NCBI GenBank assembly: GCA_030428125.1
Contig: JAUIBF010000001.1
Span: 234,383 to 298,382 of the forward strand
Direction: 5' to 3'
Source of the DNA: a bacterium
GTDB lineage: Bacteria > Patescibacteriota > Saccharimonadia > Saccharimonadales > SZUA-47
Length of the DNA stretch: 64,000 bases
A program made the translations under genes and the position numbers. Below, in pieces: positions 19,701 to 29,767 of the stretch. Position 1 is the stretch's first letter. Every line of letters begins with the position of its first letter. The notes beneath the pieces were generated by a model, which worked only from the letters and a program-made list of their open reading frames with translations, was not told where the DNA came from and ran no database searches.

Positions 19701-21638
19701 GTGGATAACGAAGATAAATCACCCGAAAAATTAAGAGCAGCAGAATCATCTAAAGATGAGTCAAATTCTGATGATGATGCCGAAAATGAGGGGTCAGAAA
19801 ATAAAGAATCGGAATCTAAGGCCGAATATCAACCAAAAAATGAATCAAAAAAAGAGAAGCCCGCAAGTTTCTTTACGGCAAAAGACAAAGAAGGCAAACC
19901 AGTAAGTCTATTTGACACAGGAAAAGATAATGCCGAAGAAGAGAGTAGTTCAGAAAATGAGAGCGCATCTGAAACTTTGGCCGAAGAAAGTGATGAATAT
20001 TCAAATTTAGAATCTGAAGTAGGAGAGCAAAAAGCTGACGATGAACCTGGATTAAGTGAACTAGAGGCGCAAGAGGTCGCAGTGGCTTTAATCGAGTCTA
20101 GAAATGAAGAGTTAACCGGAGAACTGTCCGGTGCTGATGAGGATAGCCCTGAAGAACTAGAAATTTTAGCAGATATAGCATTTTTAGAATCTTTGAGAGA
20201 AAAGATGGAGAGTGGTGAAGATTTGACTGAAGAATCTATTGACGAGGCGTTTGCAGAGACTGCCGAAGATTTAGGTGTAGATCCAGTCGAAAATTCGGTG
20301 GGTGAAAGTGTCGAAATCGTTGCTGAAGAAGTAGATTCAGAAGAAGTGCAGGAACCCGAATCAGAACAGGAAGAAGAATCAGAGTTCGAGAGTACAGATA
20401 TTGAGGAGGTTGCTGAAGAACTCGATGAGGATAAGGACGATACTGCAGCGCCACCAACCCCACCTACTCCACCAGTTCCACCCACTCCACCCGTACCCCC
20501 AACACCTACGAGCCCACCCGTACCTCCAACACCTCCGAGCCCACCTTCACCTCCGACCCCTCCAATTCCACCTGTGCCACCACCATCACACTATCCATAC
20601 AATCCAAATCAACACAATCAAAACGCGCCAAATCCGAATCAAAATAATAATTCAAATACCGTAATCCATTACGTTGAGCGTCGCAGGAGAGGTAGAGACT
20701 TGTTGGTGGGTGGAATTATTGGCTACATTATTGGTCGGCGTGGAGGAAGAAAACGTACTGAGAAAAAATTAATTCCGAAAATTGAAAAGTTGGAACGAGA
20801 AGTCGAAACTTTGCATGACGTAATTACCGAGCGTGAAGAAAAAATTAGGAAAATTGCAAGAAAAAGTGCTGAGACTGAATATAAATTACGCACTGCAGAA
20901 GAGGAAATAAGCGAACTAGGGTCTGCTAGTACAGATCAAGTTAAACAAAAATCCAATCAAGAAAAATCAACCAAAAACAGGGCAGTTTCTTTGGTGGAAA
21001 ATCGTCAAAAACGCGTCGAGATAAAGCAAACTTTGAAGCGACGTGAAGAGCTCGCATCTAAAGAATCGGTAGAGAAATTGACAAAGTTCACCCTGCCTGC
21101 GCTAGAAGTATTTAAGGAACGTAGATTGATGGATGGTAGCGAGAACAGCCCTAAACGAAAACGCTTTGAAGCCATGACCGAATCAGAATTGTTGGAACAA
21201 GCAGAAAATATAACTATCGAGGGAGCGTCTGTAGTGAAAATGTATCACGAAAAACGTATCACCAGGGACGGACTACTAGAAGTGGTTAAAAAATACTATC
21301 GCAAAGGAACCGGTAGTCACGAGCAAGTTTATTGGAAAGAGCTGAAGAACGATCCAAGCGTAGTGGATAAACATCGCCAGACTCTGGAAACTTTGCATGA
21401 AAGTGCTCAATCACCAAGCCCACGAAACAGCACTCTAGCCATAAACAGAGACACTGTATCTACGCCAAGTGATGTGGATAAGCAGAGATTTTATCAGCGT
21501 AATGCAGAATCGGACCAACAAGTTGTGCCAAAAGAAACCGACAACGCTAAAAAGCCGAAATCGTTGATGCCGTGGATTGCTGTGGTAGTTGTGATAGCCA
21601 TATTGGCAGTTGGATACTTGCTTATCTCGCTAAACTAA
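19701..21638 (+). CDS. Large acidic/proline-rich protein with C-terminal TM anchor
   Basis: 645 aa: Glu-rich N-half, (PPT/PPV)n linker, GGIIGYIIGRRGG motif, coiled coil, terminal TM. Confidence 0.8.
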   Translation: MDNEDKSPEKLRAAESSKDESNSDDDAENEGSENKESESKAEYQPKNESKKEKPASFFTAKDKEGKPVSLFDTGKDNAEEESSSENESASETLAEESDEYSNLESEVGEQKADDEPGLSELEAQEVAVALIESRNEELTGELSGADEDSPEELEILADIAFLESLREKMESGEDLTEESIDEAFAETAEDLGVDPVENSVGESVEIVAEEVDSEEVQEPESEQEEESEFESTDIEEVAEELDEDKDDTAAPPTPPTPPVPPTPPVPPTPTSPPVPPTPPSPPSPPTPPIPPVPPPSHYPYNPNQHNQNAPNPNQNNNSNTVIHYVERRRRGRDLLVGGIIGYIIGRRGGRKRTEKKLIPKIEKLEREVETLHDVITEREEKIRKIARKSAETEYKLRTAEEEISELGSASTDQVKQKSNQEKSTKNRAVSLVENRQKRVEIKQTLKRREELASKESVEKLTKFTLPALEVFKERRLMDGSENSPKRKRFEAMTESELLEQAENITIEGASVVKMYHEKRITRDGLLEVVKKYYRKGTGSHEQVYWKELKNDPSVVDKHRQTLETLHESAQSPSPRNSTLAINRDTVSTPSDVDKQRFYQRNAESDQQVVPKETDNAKKPKSLMPWIAVVVVIAILAVGYLLISLN

Positions 21639-21685
21639 AAAATATCCAACCTGTTATAATATATTAAAGACAACAGAGAAGATTT

Positions 21686-22540
21686 ATGCAGAAGATAATT
21701 CTTTATTACAAATTTGTGCCGATTAAGGACCCGGAAATGACCGTTCGCTGGCAACGCGAGCTATGTACTCGATTGGGTCTGAAAGGACGGATACTAGTTA
21801 GCCCGCACGGCATTAACGGGACACTTGGTGGTGAGTTAGAGAATCTTCGTCTTTATCGTAGAGCAATGAGCGACACCAAAGAATTTAAGAATATAAAGTA
21901 CAAGTGGAGTAAGGGCGGAGAAGAGCATTTTCCTAAACTTAAAGTTAAAGTAAAGCCTGAGATTGTTGCTTTTGATGCTGCTGACGAAATCGTAGTATCA
22001 GAAAATGGAATTGAAAATGGCGGCAAACATTTAAAACCTGAAGCCCTGCATAAGTTAGTCGAAGAAAAAGGCGAAGACGTAATTTTCTATGATGGCCGTA
22101 ATATGTATGAAGCGCAAATCGGCAAGTTCAAAAACACCATCATACCCAAGACAACAACTAGCCGCGACTTTAAAAAAGATATCGAAGAAGGCGATATTTC
22201 CAAGCATAAAGATAAGCCAATCGTTACCTACTGTACTGGTGGAATTCGCTGTGAGATTCTTAGCGCTATGATGATGAACCGTGGCTATCAAGAGGTCTAT
22301 CAGATGGACGGTGGGATAGTGAAGTATGGTGAAAAATTTGCTGATGATGGGCTGTGGGAAGGTAAGTTATTTGTTTTTGATGACAGAATGCAAATGGGTT
22401 TTTCTGATAATGCCAAGGATATAGCCAGTTGTGAGTATTGTGGAAAAAAGACTTCACATCAAGTGAACTCTACAAATGTGCGTCGTAAATTACATGTAGT
22501 ATGTCAGGAGTGTGCAGTTGAACACTCGCCTTCAAACTAA
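21686..22540 (+). CDS. trhO: Rhodanese-related tRNA U34 hydroxylase (UPF0176/TrhO)
   Basis: LYYKF, GINGTLGG, YCTGGIRCE and WEGKLFVFDDR motifs. Confidence 0.88.
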   Translation: MQKIILYYKFVPIKDPEMTVRWQRELCTRLGLKGRILVSPHGINGTLGGELENLRLYRRAMSDTKEFKNIKYKWSKGGEEHFPKLKVKVKPEIVAFDAADEIVVSENGIENGGKHLKPEALHKLVEEKGEDVIFYDGRNMYEAQIGKFKNTIIPKTTTSRDFKKDIEEGDISKHKDKPIVTYCTGGIRCEILSAMMMNRGYQEVYQMDGGIVKYGEKFADDGLWEGKLFVFDDRMQMGFSDNAKDIASCEYCGKKTSHQVNSTNVRRKLHVVCQECAVEHSPSN

Positions 22541-24026
22541 GCTTAAAGAACTTCCGAATACGCCTGGAGTTTACTTTCATAAAGATAAGTCGGGTGAAGT
22601 TATTTATGTCGGTAAAGCCGCTGTGCTTAAGAATAGAGTCAGGCAGTATTTTCAAAAATCTCGTAATCGAGATCCGAAAACCGAGGCATTAGTAGCAGAA
22701 ATCGAAGATATTGAATGGATTGAAGTCGAAACAGAAATCGATGCATTATTTTTGGAAGCCGAGATGGTCCGTCGTTACATGCCTCGTTACAATATCCTGC
22801 TTAGGGACGACAAAAGCCTATTGTATGTTCGAATAGACATAAAAAGCGAGCACCCAACAGTAACTTTTACTAGAAGGCCACTCGATGATAAGGCTGAGTA
22901 TTTTGGTCCGTACATTCAGGGGTACGCAGTTCGTAAAGCCCTCAGATTACTGCGCCGTATTTTTCCGTACGCAGTTACCAGGGAACAGGCAACAATGGGC
23001 AGTAAATTATACGAACAAATTGGCCTTGATCCGGGGCTGAATAGCGGCAAAACATCTATAGACGAGTATCGTAAGAATTTAAAAAACCTCATGTCATATC
23101 TTCGAGGAAATCGATCGGCGCTGATGCGCGAAGTAGAAAAGGAGATGAGGTTAGCTGCAGAAAACCATGAATTTGAAAAAGCTGCAGCACTTAGGAATAA
23201 ATTATCTGAGTTAAAAAGTCTTAAGAAACAGGTTATTTTTTCTGATAGAGAGTTTATGGACATCTCTAAAGACAAGGGCCTTCAAGGCCTAGCTGAACTG
23301 TTGAATATAGAATTGCCGCCCAAAAGGATAGAGGGCTACGACATTAGTCATATGAGCGGAACTGATAATGTTGCAAGTATGGTGGTATTTGAAAACGGTA
23401 TTCCAGCTAAATCATCATATAGGAAATTCAAGATGCGAAAGCTCGGCAACGATGACTTTGCGCATATGAATGAAGTAATCACTAGAAGGCTCGGCAAACA
23501 AAATGTTTCGTCTTGGGGATTGCCGAGTTTATTTTTGATCGATGGAGGCAAAGGACAGCTCGGAGCGGCCATTAAGGCTCGAAATAATGCAGAATGTGAT
23601 AAACCAATGATTGGAATTGCTAAAAGAGAGGAAGAAATAGTTATTAGTAAAAAAGACCCGAACACTTCTCTTAATGTTAAAAATGCAACTCAGATGCAAT
23701 TTGTAATTACAGAAACCAAAGACTTTTATTTGGTAAGAATGCCTTTGAGTAGTGATATTGTAAAGCTTCTTCAGCGCGTTCGTGACGAATCTCACAGATT
23801 TGCCGTGACATACCATTCAACACTTAAGCGAAATCGACAGACAACAAGTTGGCTAGATGAGGTGCCCGGGATTGGTCCTGCTACAAAAAAGAAGCTAATT
23901 AAGGAATTCGGAAGTTCCAAAGCTGTGCTGCAAGCACGTAAATCCGAACTCGAAAATTTAATTGGTGAAAGTAAAACTGCTATTCTAAAAACATACATAA
24001 GAGCTGAGAAAAAAAGTGATAAATAG
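22512..24026 (+). CDS. uvrC: Excinuclease ABC subunit C
   Basis: GIY-YIG (PGVY..IYVGKA), IEGYDISH, IDGGKGQ, RDESHRFA and HhH motifs. Confidence 0.97.
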   Translation: MQLNTRLQTKLKELPNTPGVYFHKDKSGEVIYVGKAAVLKNRVRQYFQKSRNRDPKTEALVAEIEDIEWIEVETEIDALFLEAEMVRRYMPRYNILLRDDKSLLYVRIDIKSEHPTVTFTRRPLDDKAEYFGPYIQGYAVRKALRLLRRIFPYAVTREQATMGSKLYEQIGLDPGLNSGKTSIDEYRKNLKNLMSYLRGNRSALMREVEKEMRLAAENHEFEKAAALRNKLSELKSLKKQVIFSDREFMDISKDKGLQGLAELLNIELPPKRIEGYDISHMSGTDNVASMVVFENGIPAKSSYRKFKMRKLGNDDFAHMNEVITRRLGKQNVSSWGLPSLFLIDGGKGQLGAAIKARNNAECDKPMIGIAKREEEIVISKKDPNTSLNVKNATQMQFVITETKDFYLVRMPLSSDIVKLLQRVRDESHRFAVTYHSTLKRNRQTTSWLDEVPGIGPATKKKLIKEFGSSKAVLQARKSELENLIGESKTAILKTYIRAEKKSDK

Positions 24027-25212
24027 TTTTAACAGTAAATTTTTTACGAAAAATAGAGAACGTCTGGCAGGAAAACTACCGGATTGTTTAATTGTAGTTA
24101 CAGCTAATTGCATGATGCAAAAATCTGCTGACGAACCATATCAATTTAGACAAGATAGTAGTTTTTGGTATCTGACCGGAATAAATGAACCTGACGTGGT
24201 GCTGGTTATTGATACAAAAGAAGGTGAGTCTACCCTACTCCTTCCGGAACAAAATCAGTATCAGAAAGAATGGGATGGCGAGATTGATAAAATACACCTT
24301 AAAAAGATAAGTGGGATTGATAAATTTGAAACCAGAACTAATCTCGAGGTTATTTTAAAGCGAGCAAAAAATGCGGGCTTACAAATATGCCAGCTTTCTC
24401 CGATGCCGGATAGAGTAGAGCCCTATGGGTTTATGAGCAATCCAGCACGTAAACTTTTAGAGCAAGAAATAAACAAAATTGAATCAAAACCTAAAGACGT
24501 CAGACTGGAAATGGCAAAAACGCGACAAATTAAACAGTCGGAAGAAATAGAGCTAATCCAAAAAGCGATTGATATTACAGGAGAGTCACTGGACGAGCTT
24601 AAGCAAAATATTCAGAATTATAAAAATGAAGCCGAGTTACAACGAGATTTGCTGATTAAATTTCTAGAGAAAGGTAGTGACGGACATATGTTCGACCCGA
24701 TTGTCGCTAGCGGCAAAAACTCAGCCACTATCCACTACAAGCAAAACAACGCAACAATAAAGAAGAACGAACTAATACTTATGGATGTTGGCGCTAAAAC
24801 CGGAATGTACGGAGCAGATATCAGCAGGACTTGGTCGGTTGGAGACCCTACGAAGAGGCAGAAAGATGTTTTTGATGCTGTTTTGAAGGTACACAAGAAT
24901 TCACTTTCAAGGTATAAGCCAGGGATGACTCTCAAAGAAGAACAAGATAATGTAAATAAAGATTTGTCTAAAGAGTACAAAAAGCTAAAAATTTCTGATA
25001 GACAGTTGCCGAACGGAATCTCGCATTTCTTAGGAGTCGACACTCACGATGCCGGGGATTATAGATCTCCACTAGAAATCGGATCCGTACTTACTGTGGA
25101 GCCAGGAATATACCTGCCTGATGAGGGAATCGGTGTAAGGATTGAGGACATTGTATTGATAACAAAAAATGGTGCACAAATTCTGTCTAGTAAAATAGAC
25201 CAGAATCTTTAG
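24016..25212 (+). CDS. pepP: Xaa-Pro aminopeptidase (M24)
   Basis: FRQDSSFWYLTG, DVGA..DISRT, HFLGVDTHD and TVEPGIY..GVRIED motifs. Confidence 0.92.
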   Translation: MINSFNSKFFTKNRERLAGKLPDCLIVVTANCMMQKSADEPYQFRQDSSFWYLTGINEPDVVLVIDTKEGESTLLLPEQNQYQKEWDGEIDKIHLKKISGIDKFETRTNLEVILKRAKNAGLQICQLSPMPDRVEPYGFMSNPARKLLEQEINKIESKPKDVRLEMAKTRQIKQSEEIELIQKAIDITGESLDELKQNIQNYKNEAELQRDLLIKFLEKGSDGHMFDPIVASGKNSATIHYKQNNATIKKNELILMDVGAKTGMYGADISRTWSVGDPTKRQKDVFDAVLKVHKNSLSRYKPGMTLKEEQDNVNKDLSKEYKKLKISDRQLPNGISHFLGVDTHDAGDYRSPLEIGSVLTVEPGIYLPDEGIGVRIEDIVLITKNGAQILSSKIDQNL

Positions 25213-25249
25213 CGGATCCTTAGGCTAAAATGCTATAATTACACTTAAG

Positions 25250-25609
25250 ATGAGATTCAAAAAGTTTGTAATTCGATGGGGTGTGTCATCGCTTGGTCTA
25301 TGGATTGCCTCAGAATTACTAGGTAGCGAAAGTGTAGATCTGGGTGGCAAATTAGGAGCTGTAATTATATCTGGATTAGTGTTAGCCATCGTAAACACTA
25401 TCATTAGGCCGATCGTAGTTTTCTTAACCCTACCTGCTGTTTTGCTTACTTTAGGTATATTTATGGTTGTAATTAACGCCTTAATGGTAATGTTTGCTGC
25501 CTGGATTAGCCCCCTTGATGTAGACGGTTTCGGGATAGCATTAATAACCGGATTAGTAATAGGTCTGGTAAACTGGTTAGTAACAGCATTATTGGAGGAT
25601 AAAAAATGA
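25250..25609 (+). CDS. YvlD-like 4TM membrane protein ('phage holin family')
   Basis: VNTIIRP...LTLP..LLTLG.F..VINA signature. Confidence 0.85.
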   Translation: MRFKKFVIRWGVSSLGLWIASELLGSESVDLGGKLGAVIISGLVLAIVNTIIRPIVVFLTLPAVLLTLGIFMVVINALMVMFAAWISPLDVDGFGIALITGLVIGLVNWLVTALLEDKK

Positions 25610-25827
25610 ATGTTTGGAATATAATTACAGTCGTGTCGGCGATAATTATGAGTATATTGATTTTAGTACAAGTACGTGGAGCCGGTTTAGGCGCAGGACT
25701 TGGTGGTAGTGGAAGTAGTGAAATGAATACCGTACGTAGAGGTTCTGACAGGACTATATTCCAGCTCACAATAATTGCAGCAATAACTTTCGCACTTTCT
25801 ATTTTGCTTGCAATTATTTTGGCCTAA
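25606..25827 (+). CDS. secG: Preprotein translocase subunit SecG
   Basis: Two TMs around LVQVRGAGLGAGLGG...RRG. Confidence 0.88.
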   Translation: MNVWNIITVVSAIIMSILILVQVRGAGLGAGLGGSGSSEMNTVRRGSDRTIFQLTIIAAITFALSILLAIILA

Positions 25828-25858
25828 TCTTTTTTAGGTGGGAGCTAAAATATAAATT

Positions 25859-27676
25859 ATGCCGATTATAGACAGAAGAACAAGACTTAGAGCCAGACGT
25901 GCACTGCGTAAGCAAAAACGACAAATGGAAGCAGTCACTGCTCAAGCTGATGATAATATCGACAAGCACGTGATGAGACGCTTTAGCAGATTGATGGCTG
26001 TAAGGCGTTTCGTTATTTTTTGGGTTGCTTTGGTCGCTTTGTTAGGGCTAGGCGCGTTGTGGCAAGTTCGTGGAATGGACAAATTTTATTTAGAAACTCG
26101 ACCTGCGTCTGGTGGGACGTACCGGGAAGGAATAATAGGCACATTCACTAATGCCAGCCCACTTTTTGCGACAAGTTCCGTCGATACCGCAGTGTCCAGA
26201 TTGCTATTCTCGGGGCTATTTAAGGTTGGTCCGGACGGCAAGGTATCAGGAGATTTGGCATCCAATTTAGAGGTTGACGAAGAAGGCAAGCTCTACACCG
26301 TTACCTTGAAGAAAGGTATAAAGTGGCACGACGGTGAGGAGTTTAATTCTGAGGATGTCTTATTTACATACGAGGTAATCCAAGACAGAGAAACAAGATC
26401 ACCGTTGCGACCAAGTTGGGATGGTGTGAAAGTAGAAAAAATAGACGACTATAAAATTTCATTTGAGATACCAAACGCTCTAAGTTCATTCCGGTATGCA
26501 TTGACTAACGGAATTGTTCCAGAACATTTACTTGGCAGTGTAGCTCCCACAGACTTAAGAAGTAGTAATTTCAACACCGTGCAACCAGTAGGTACAGGAC
26601 CATATTCAATAAAGACGCTTGAAGTTGTCGGTCAGGATTTAGACACAAGACAGGAAAGAATTGCATTAGTTAAGTATGAAGACTTTTATGTTTCTAATGA
26701 GGGTCCAGATGGTATCGTTATACGCTCATACAGAACAGATGAGGCAATGCTTAAAGATTTTGAAGAACAAGTCATACAGTCGATGGTAGGCTTAAGTTTC
26801 TTGCCAGATAATTTGCTGGAGGATGATGAAATAAAACAAGTATCTGCACCACTAACTAGTGCTGTAATGGCGTTTATCAATAATTCTTCAGAAGGACTAA
26901 ATGACAAAAAAGTGAGGAGAGCACTAGTCCAAAGCGTCGATAGTAATGAGTTGCGCAAAGGATTAAGTTTTAGCTCGATTGCTGTCGATAGCCCTTTTCT
27001 AAAAAGCCACTTCGCATACAATCCTGATATAGTCCAACGACCGTATGATTATGCCAAAGCCTTTGCGTTACTTGATGAAGCTGGATGGGAACTGAATGAT
27101 AGTGGTGTTCGCGAAAAAGATGGTAAAGAGCTTAAAATAAGATTAGTCTCGCAGAGTTTGTCGGAGTACTCAGTTATTGCTCAAAAACTACAGCAGAACT
27201 GGGGCGCCCTAGGAGTTAAGGTAGAAGCAATACTCCAACCAGAAGAAGACATACAGTCTGGAGCGATTGCCCGGCATGATTACGACGTGCTGTTGTATGG
27301 AATTTCAATTGGTTATGACCCGGACGTTTTTGCTTACTGGCATAGCTCGCAGTTTGATCCAAATGCTGCAACTAGATTGAATTTCTCAGAATTCAGCGAT
27401 AAGAAAGCTGACGAGGCACTTGAAGCAGGACGAACAAGAATTGATGAGGAGCTAAGAAACGTGAAATATCAACCATTCTTACAAGCCTGGAGGGACGAAG
27501 CCCCTGCGCTTGCCTTATATCAACCTAGATTTTCAATGATTGTCAGGGGTACATTTGAAGGGTTTCAAGGTGGGCAGTTAAGTACGGCGACGGACAGGTA
27601 CTACTCGATTGGTAACTGGAAGATTAGAAATGCCGAAGTAGTCAAGGAAACCAATTTAAATAAAGGCGATGAGTAA
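25859..27676 (+). CDS. Peptide ABC transporter substrate-binding protein (family 5)
   Basis: LLFSGL, KWHDGEEF..EDVLFT, PVGTGPY and VRRAL motifs; N-terminal TM anchor. Confidence 0.9.
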   Translation: MPIIDRRTRLRARRALRKQKRQMEAVTAQADDNIDKHVMRRFSRLMAVRRFVIFWVALVALLGLGALWQVRGMDKFYLETRPASGGTYREGIIGTFTNASPLFATSSVDTAVSRLLFSGLFKVGPDGKVSGDLASNLEVDEEGKLYTVTLKKGIKWHDGEEFNSEDVLFTYEVIQDRETRSPLRPSWDGVKVEKIDDYKISFEIPNALSSFRYALTNGIVPEHLLGSVAPTDLRSSNFNTVQPVGTGPYSIKTLEVVGQDLDTRQERIALVKYEDFYVSNEGPDGIVIRSYRTDEAMLKDFEEQVIQSMVGLSFLPDNLLEDDEIKQVSAPLTSAVMAFINNSSEGLNDKKVRRALVQSVDSNELRKGLSFSSIAVDSPFLKSHFAYNPDIVQRPYDYAKAFALLDEAGWELNDSGVREKDGKELKIRLVSQSLSEYSVIAQKLQQNWGALGVKVEAILQPEEDIQSGAIARHDYDVLLYGISIGYDPDVFAYWHSSQFDPNAATRLNFSEFSDKKADEALEAGRTRIDEELRNVKYQPFLQAWRDEAPALALYQPRFSMIVRGTFEGFQGGQLSTATDRYYSIGNWKIRNAEVVKETNLNKGDE

Positions 27677-27754
27677 TAATAAGCAATTGTGACTAGCCAA
27701 ATTCCTTATGCTATCATATGATTATTCAATGCTAATTTCGAGGAACAAGAAACA

Positions 27755-29392
27755 GTGAACAAGGTTGCGCATTACTTACAGCAACATCTAGTTGGTGAGG
27801 TATTAACAAGTCCGGATGTATTAAGTTACTTTTCTACGGATGAAAGTATTTTTCAGATACAGCCTATGTTGGTTGTGCATCCTAGATCGGAGAACGATTT
27901 AAGAAAAGCCGTGAGGTTTAGTTGGCAGCTTGCAGAGCGAGGCAGGAAGGTGCCAATAACCATTAAGGGCAAGGGTACTGATCAGTCAGGAGCGAGTTTA
28001 GGTAATGGAATTGTTCTGACAACTCCTGCTCATTTAAACAAGATTATTGAGCTAGATCCTAAATCTGGGGTCGTAAGCGCAGAGTCCGGTACAGTTGTAG
28101 CAAAAATCCAACAAACACTTCATACGCATGGCAGGTTTCTACCATCGGTTGCCAGTTCCGTAGAGACTATGACAATTGGTGGTTCGGTTGCCAATAATGA
28201 CTCAGGCCCAACTGCCTACAAGTATGGCCCCGTCCGTGAATATGTGAGGGGGTTGAGGGTTGTTCTGTCCAATGGAGAATTAATCAGGACAGAAAGACTC
28301 AGTAAAAGAGAGCTGAACAAGAAGCTTGGGCTTGCATCATTTGAGGGCGAGATATATCGGTCTCTGGATAAATTAATTGAGGAAAATCACGACCTAATTG
28401 AATCGTTAAGCGAATTCGGAGATCGAAATAATGCGGGCTATGCGATAAATGATGTGAAGCTCAAAGATGGTTCGTTTGACTTGACTCCACTATTCGTAGG
28501 GAGTCAAGGAACACTTGGTTTGATTAGCGAGGTAACTCTAGAGACAGAACCACATAGCGCGCAAACAGATATTATTGTGGGTCAGTTTTCGGATAGACAA
28601 AGTGCATGGAATGCAGTTAAAAAAATAAATAATATAAAGAATGGTCCTATATCGCTCGAATTCATAGACAGAAGTTTAATTGAGTTCGTAGTTAAGAATA
28701 ACCCAAATCTAGTCAAAAAAACTATAGATAAGACTTCCCCTGCGACAATTTTGTACGCTGAAATAGAGAAGAATACCAACCGAGCTTCTAAGAAAGTACA
28801 AAAGAAAGTACAAAAGATTTTTGAAGAGGCAGGAGCTGAAACGATCCAGGTTGATGAAGATAGTAGGCAGTCTTGGCTAGCACTTAAGGATAGCCCTTCG
28901 ATTTTTCTATCCGGAGACAGTGGTAAAAAGGCCGCAATTCCTATTACAGACGATGCTTATATTCCGGTTGAGCGATGCGCAGAGTTTATTGAAAAATCTG
29001 AAGAAATTCTCGCTGCGACTGGGCAAAAAGCATATGGTTTTTGGGGTCAGGCAGGAAATGGCGTAGTACACGCAGCTCCGTTGTTCGACATTAGTCAGAT
29101 TGGCGAAAAGCAAAAGATGTTCAAGTTGCTGGACTCTTACTATTCGTTAGTAGTGGACTTTAATGGATCTGTTGCAGGTGAGTTCGCAGAAGGAAGACTT
29201 AGAGGCTCGCAGGCAGAGAAGTTATTCTCGCCAGAGCAAATTAACCTCATGAACAGTATCAAATCCATATTTGATCCATTTGGCATTTTAAATCCAGGCG
29301 TGAAAGTTGGCGTTGAAATGGAGATTATAAAATCACAACTTAGAAATTCATACAGCCTAGACCATCAGTATTCTCATTTACCTAGAAATTAG
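27755..29392 (+). CDS. FAD-binding oxidoreductase (GlcD/D-2-hydroxyacid dehydrogenase family), degenerate active site
   Basis: GKGTDQSG, TIGGSVANN, VGSQGTLG and FDPFGILNPG motifs. Confidence 0.88.
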   Translation: MNKVAHYLQQHLVGEVLTSPDVLSYFSTDESIFQIQPMLVVHPRSENDLRKAVRFSWQLAERGRKVPITIKGKGTDQSGASLGNGIVLTTPAHLNKIIELDPKSGVVSAESGTVVAKIQQTLHTHGRFLPSVASSVETMTIGGSVANNDSGPTAYKYGPVREYVRGLRVVLSNGELIRTERLSKRELNKKLGLASFEGEIYRSLDKLIEENHDLIESLSEFGDRNNAGYAINDVKLKDGSFDLTPLFVGSQGTLGLISEVTLETEPHSAQTDIIVGQFSDRQSAWNAVKKINNIKNGPISLEFIDRSLIEFVVKNNPNLVKKTIDKTSPATILYAEIEKNTNRASKKVQKKVQKIFEEAGAETIQVDEDSRQSWLALKDSPSIFLSGDSGKKAAIPITDDAYIPVERCAEFIEKSEEILAATGQKAYGFWGQAGNGVVHAAPLFDISQIGEKQKMFKLLDSYYSLVVDFNGSVAGEFAEGRLRGSQAEKLFSPEQINLMNSIKSIFDPFGILNPGVKVGVEMEIIKSQLRNSYSLDHQYSHLPRN

Positions 29393-29394
29393 GC

Positions 29395-29635
29395 TGGTGG
29401 AGCTAAGGACTAAGCTTGAAATGCTCGCAAAAAGCTAGAAGCATTTGCTCGGCCAAGCAAGGATTCCGCAAACTGCCACAGGCAGTTTTCGCCTATCGGT
29501 TCAAATCCATTTACTGTAAATCGGGGGTCCCCGCAAAACCTGTTTTGTGGGGAAGAGGAATAATCATGCAAGACCAAACAAAAAAGACGCCACTTGTTTG
29601 CGTCTTTTACAGTTTGGTTGGAATGAATTATTCCG
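29395..29635 (-). repeat. tRNA-linked structured unit downstream of tRNA-Leu, ending in a tRNA-Ala-like 3' end
   Basis: Minus strand ends ...AGTCCTTAGCTCCACCA; contains the GGCGAAAACTGCCTGTGGCAGTTTGC hairpin. Confidence 0.6.
29582..29608 (-). terminator. Intrinsic terminator after tRNA-Leu
   Basis: AAAAGACGC-N9-GCGTCTTTT stem with T-run on the minus strand. Confidence 0.7.
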
Positions 29636-29722
29636 TGGTGCGCAAGAGAGGACTTGAACCTCCACGGGAGTGATCCCACTACGACCTCAACGTAGCCTGT
29701 CTACCAATTCCAGCACTTGCGC
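29636..29722 (-). tRNA. tRNA-Leu(GAG)
   Basis: Reverse complement GCGCAAG...CTACG-TT-GAG-GT-CGTAG...GGTTCAAGTCC...CTTGCGC-ACCA; long variable arm. Confidence 0.96.
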
Positions 29723-29767
29723 TCTTCAAACTAAAAACCCTGCTTCGTTTTGCAGGGCGATTGTTAA

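Noticed and set aside
19829..20485. 218-aa Ser-rich minus-strand ORF
   Set aside because: Shadow of the Glu-rich + strand gene
20450..20590. C-rich repeat as CRISPR or VNTR
   Set aside because: In-frame polyproline coding with varied codons; no repeat-spacer structure
25250..25609. 'Phage holin' plus baseplate J as evidence of a prophage
   Set aside because: YvlD-like proteins are chromosomal; the genes are 20 kb apart with no terminase, capsid, portal or integrase
29410..29679. Overlapping ORFs on both strands
   Set aside because: They run across tRNA-Leu and the palindromic unit
29395..29722. Intron-split tRNA-Ala or tmRNA
   Set aside because: Only an 11-nt 3' end is present; no matching 5' half, group I core or tag frame was found
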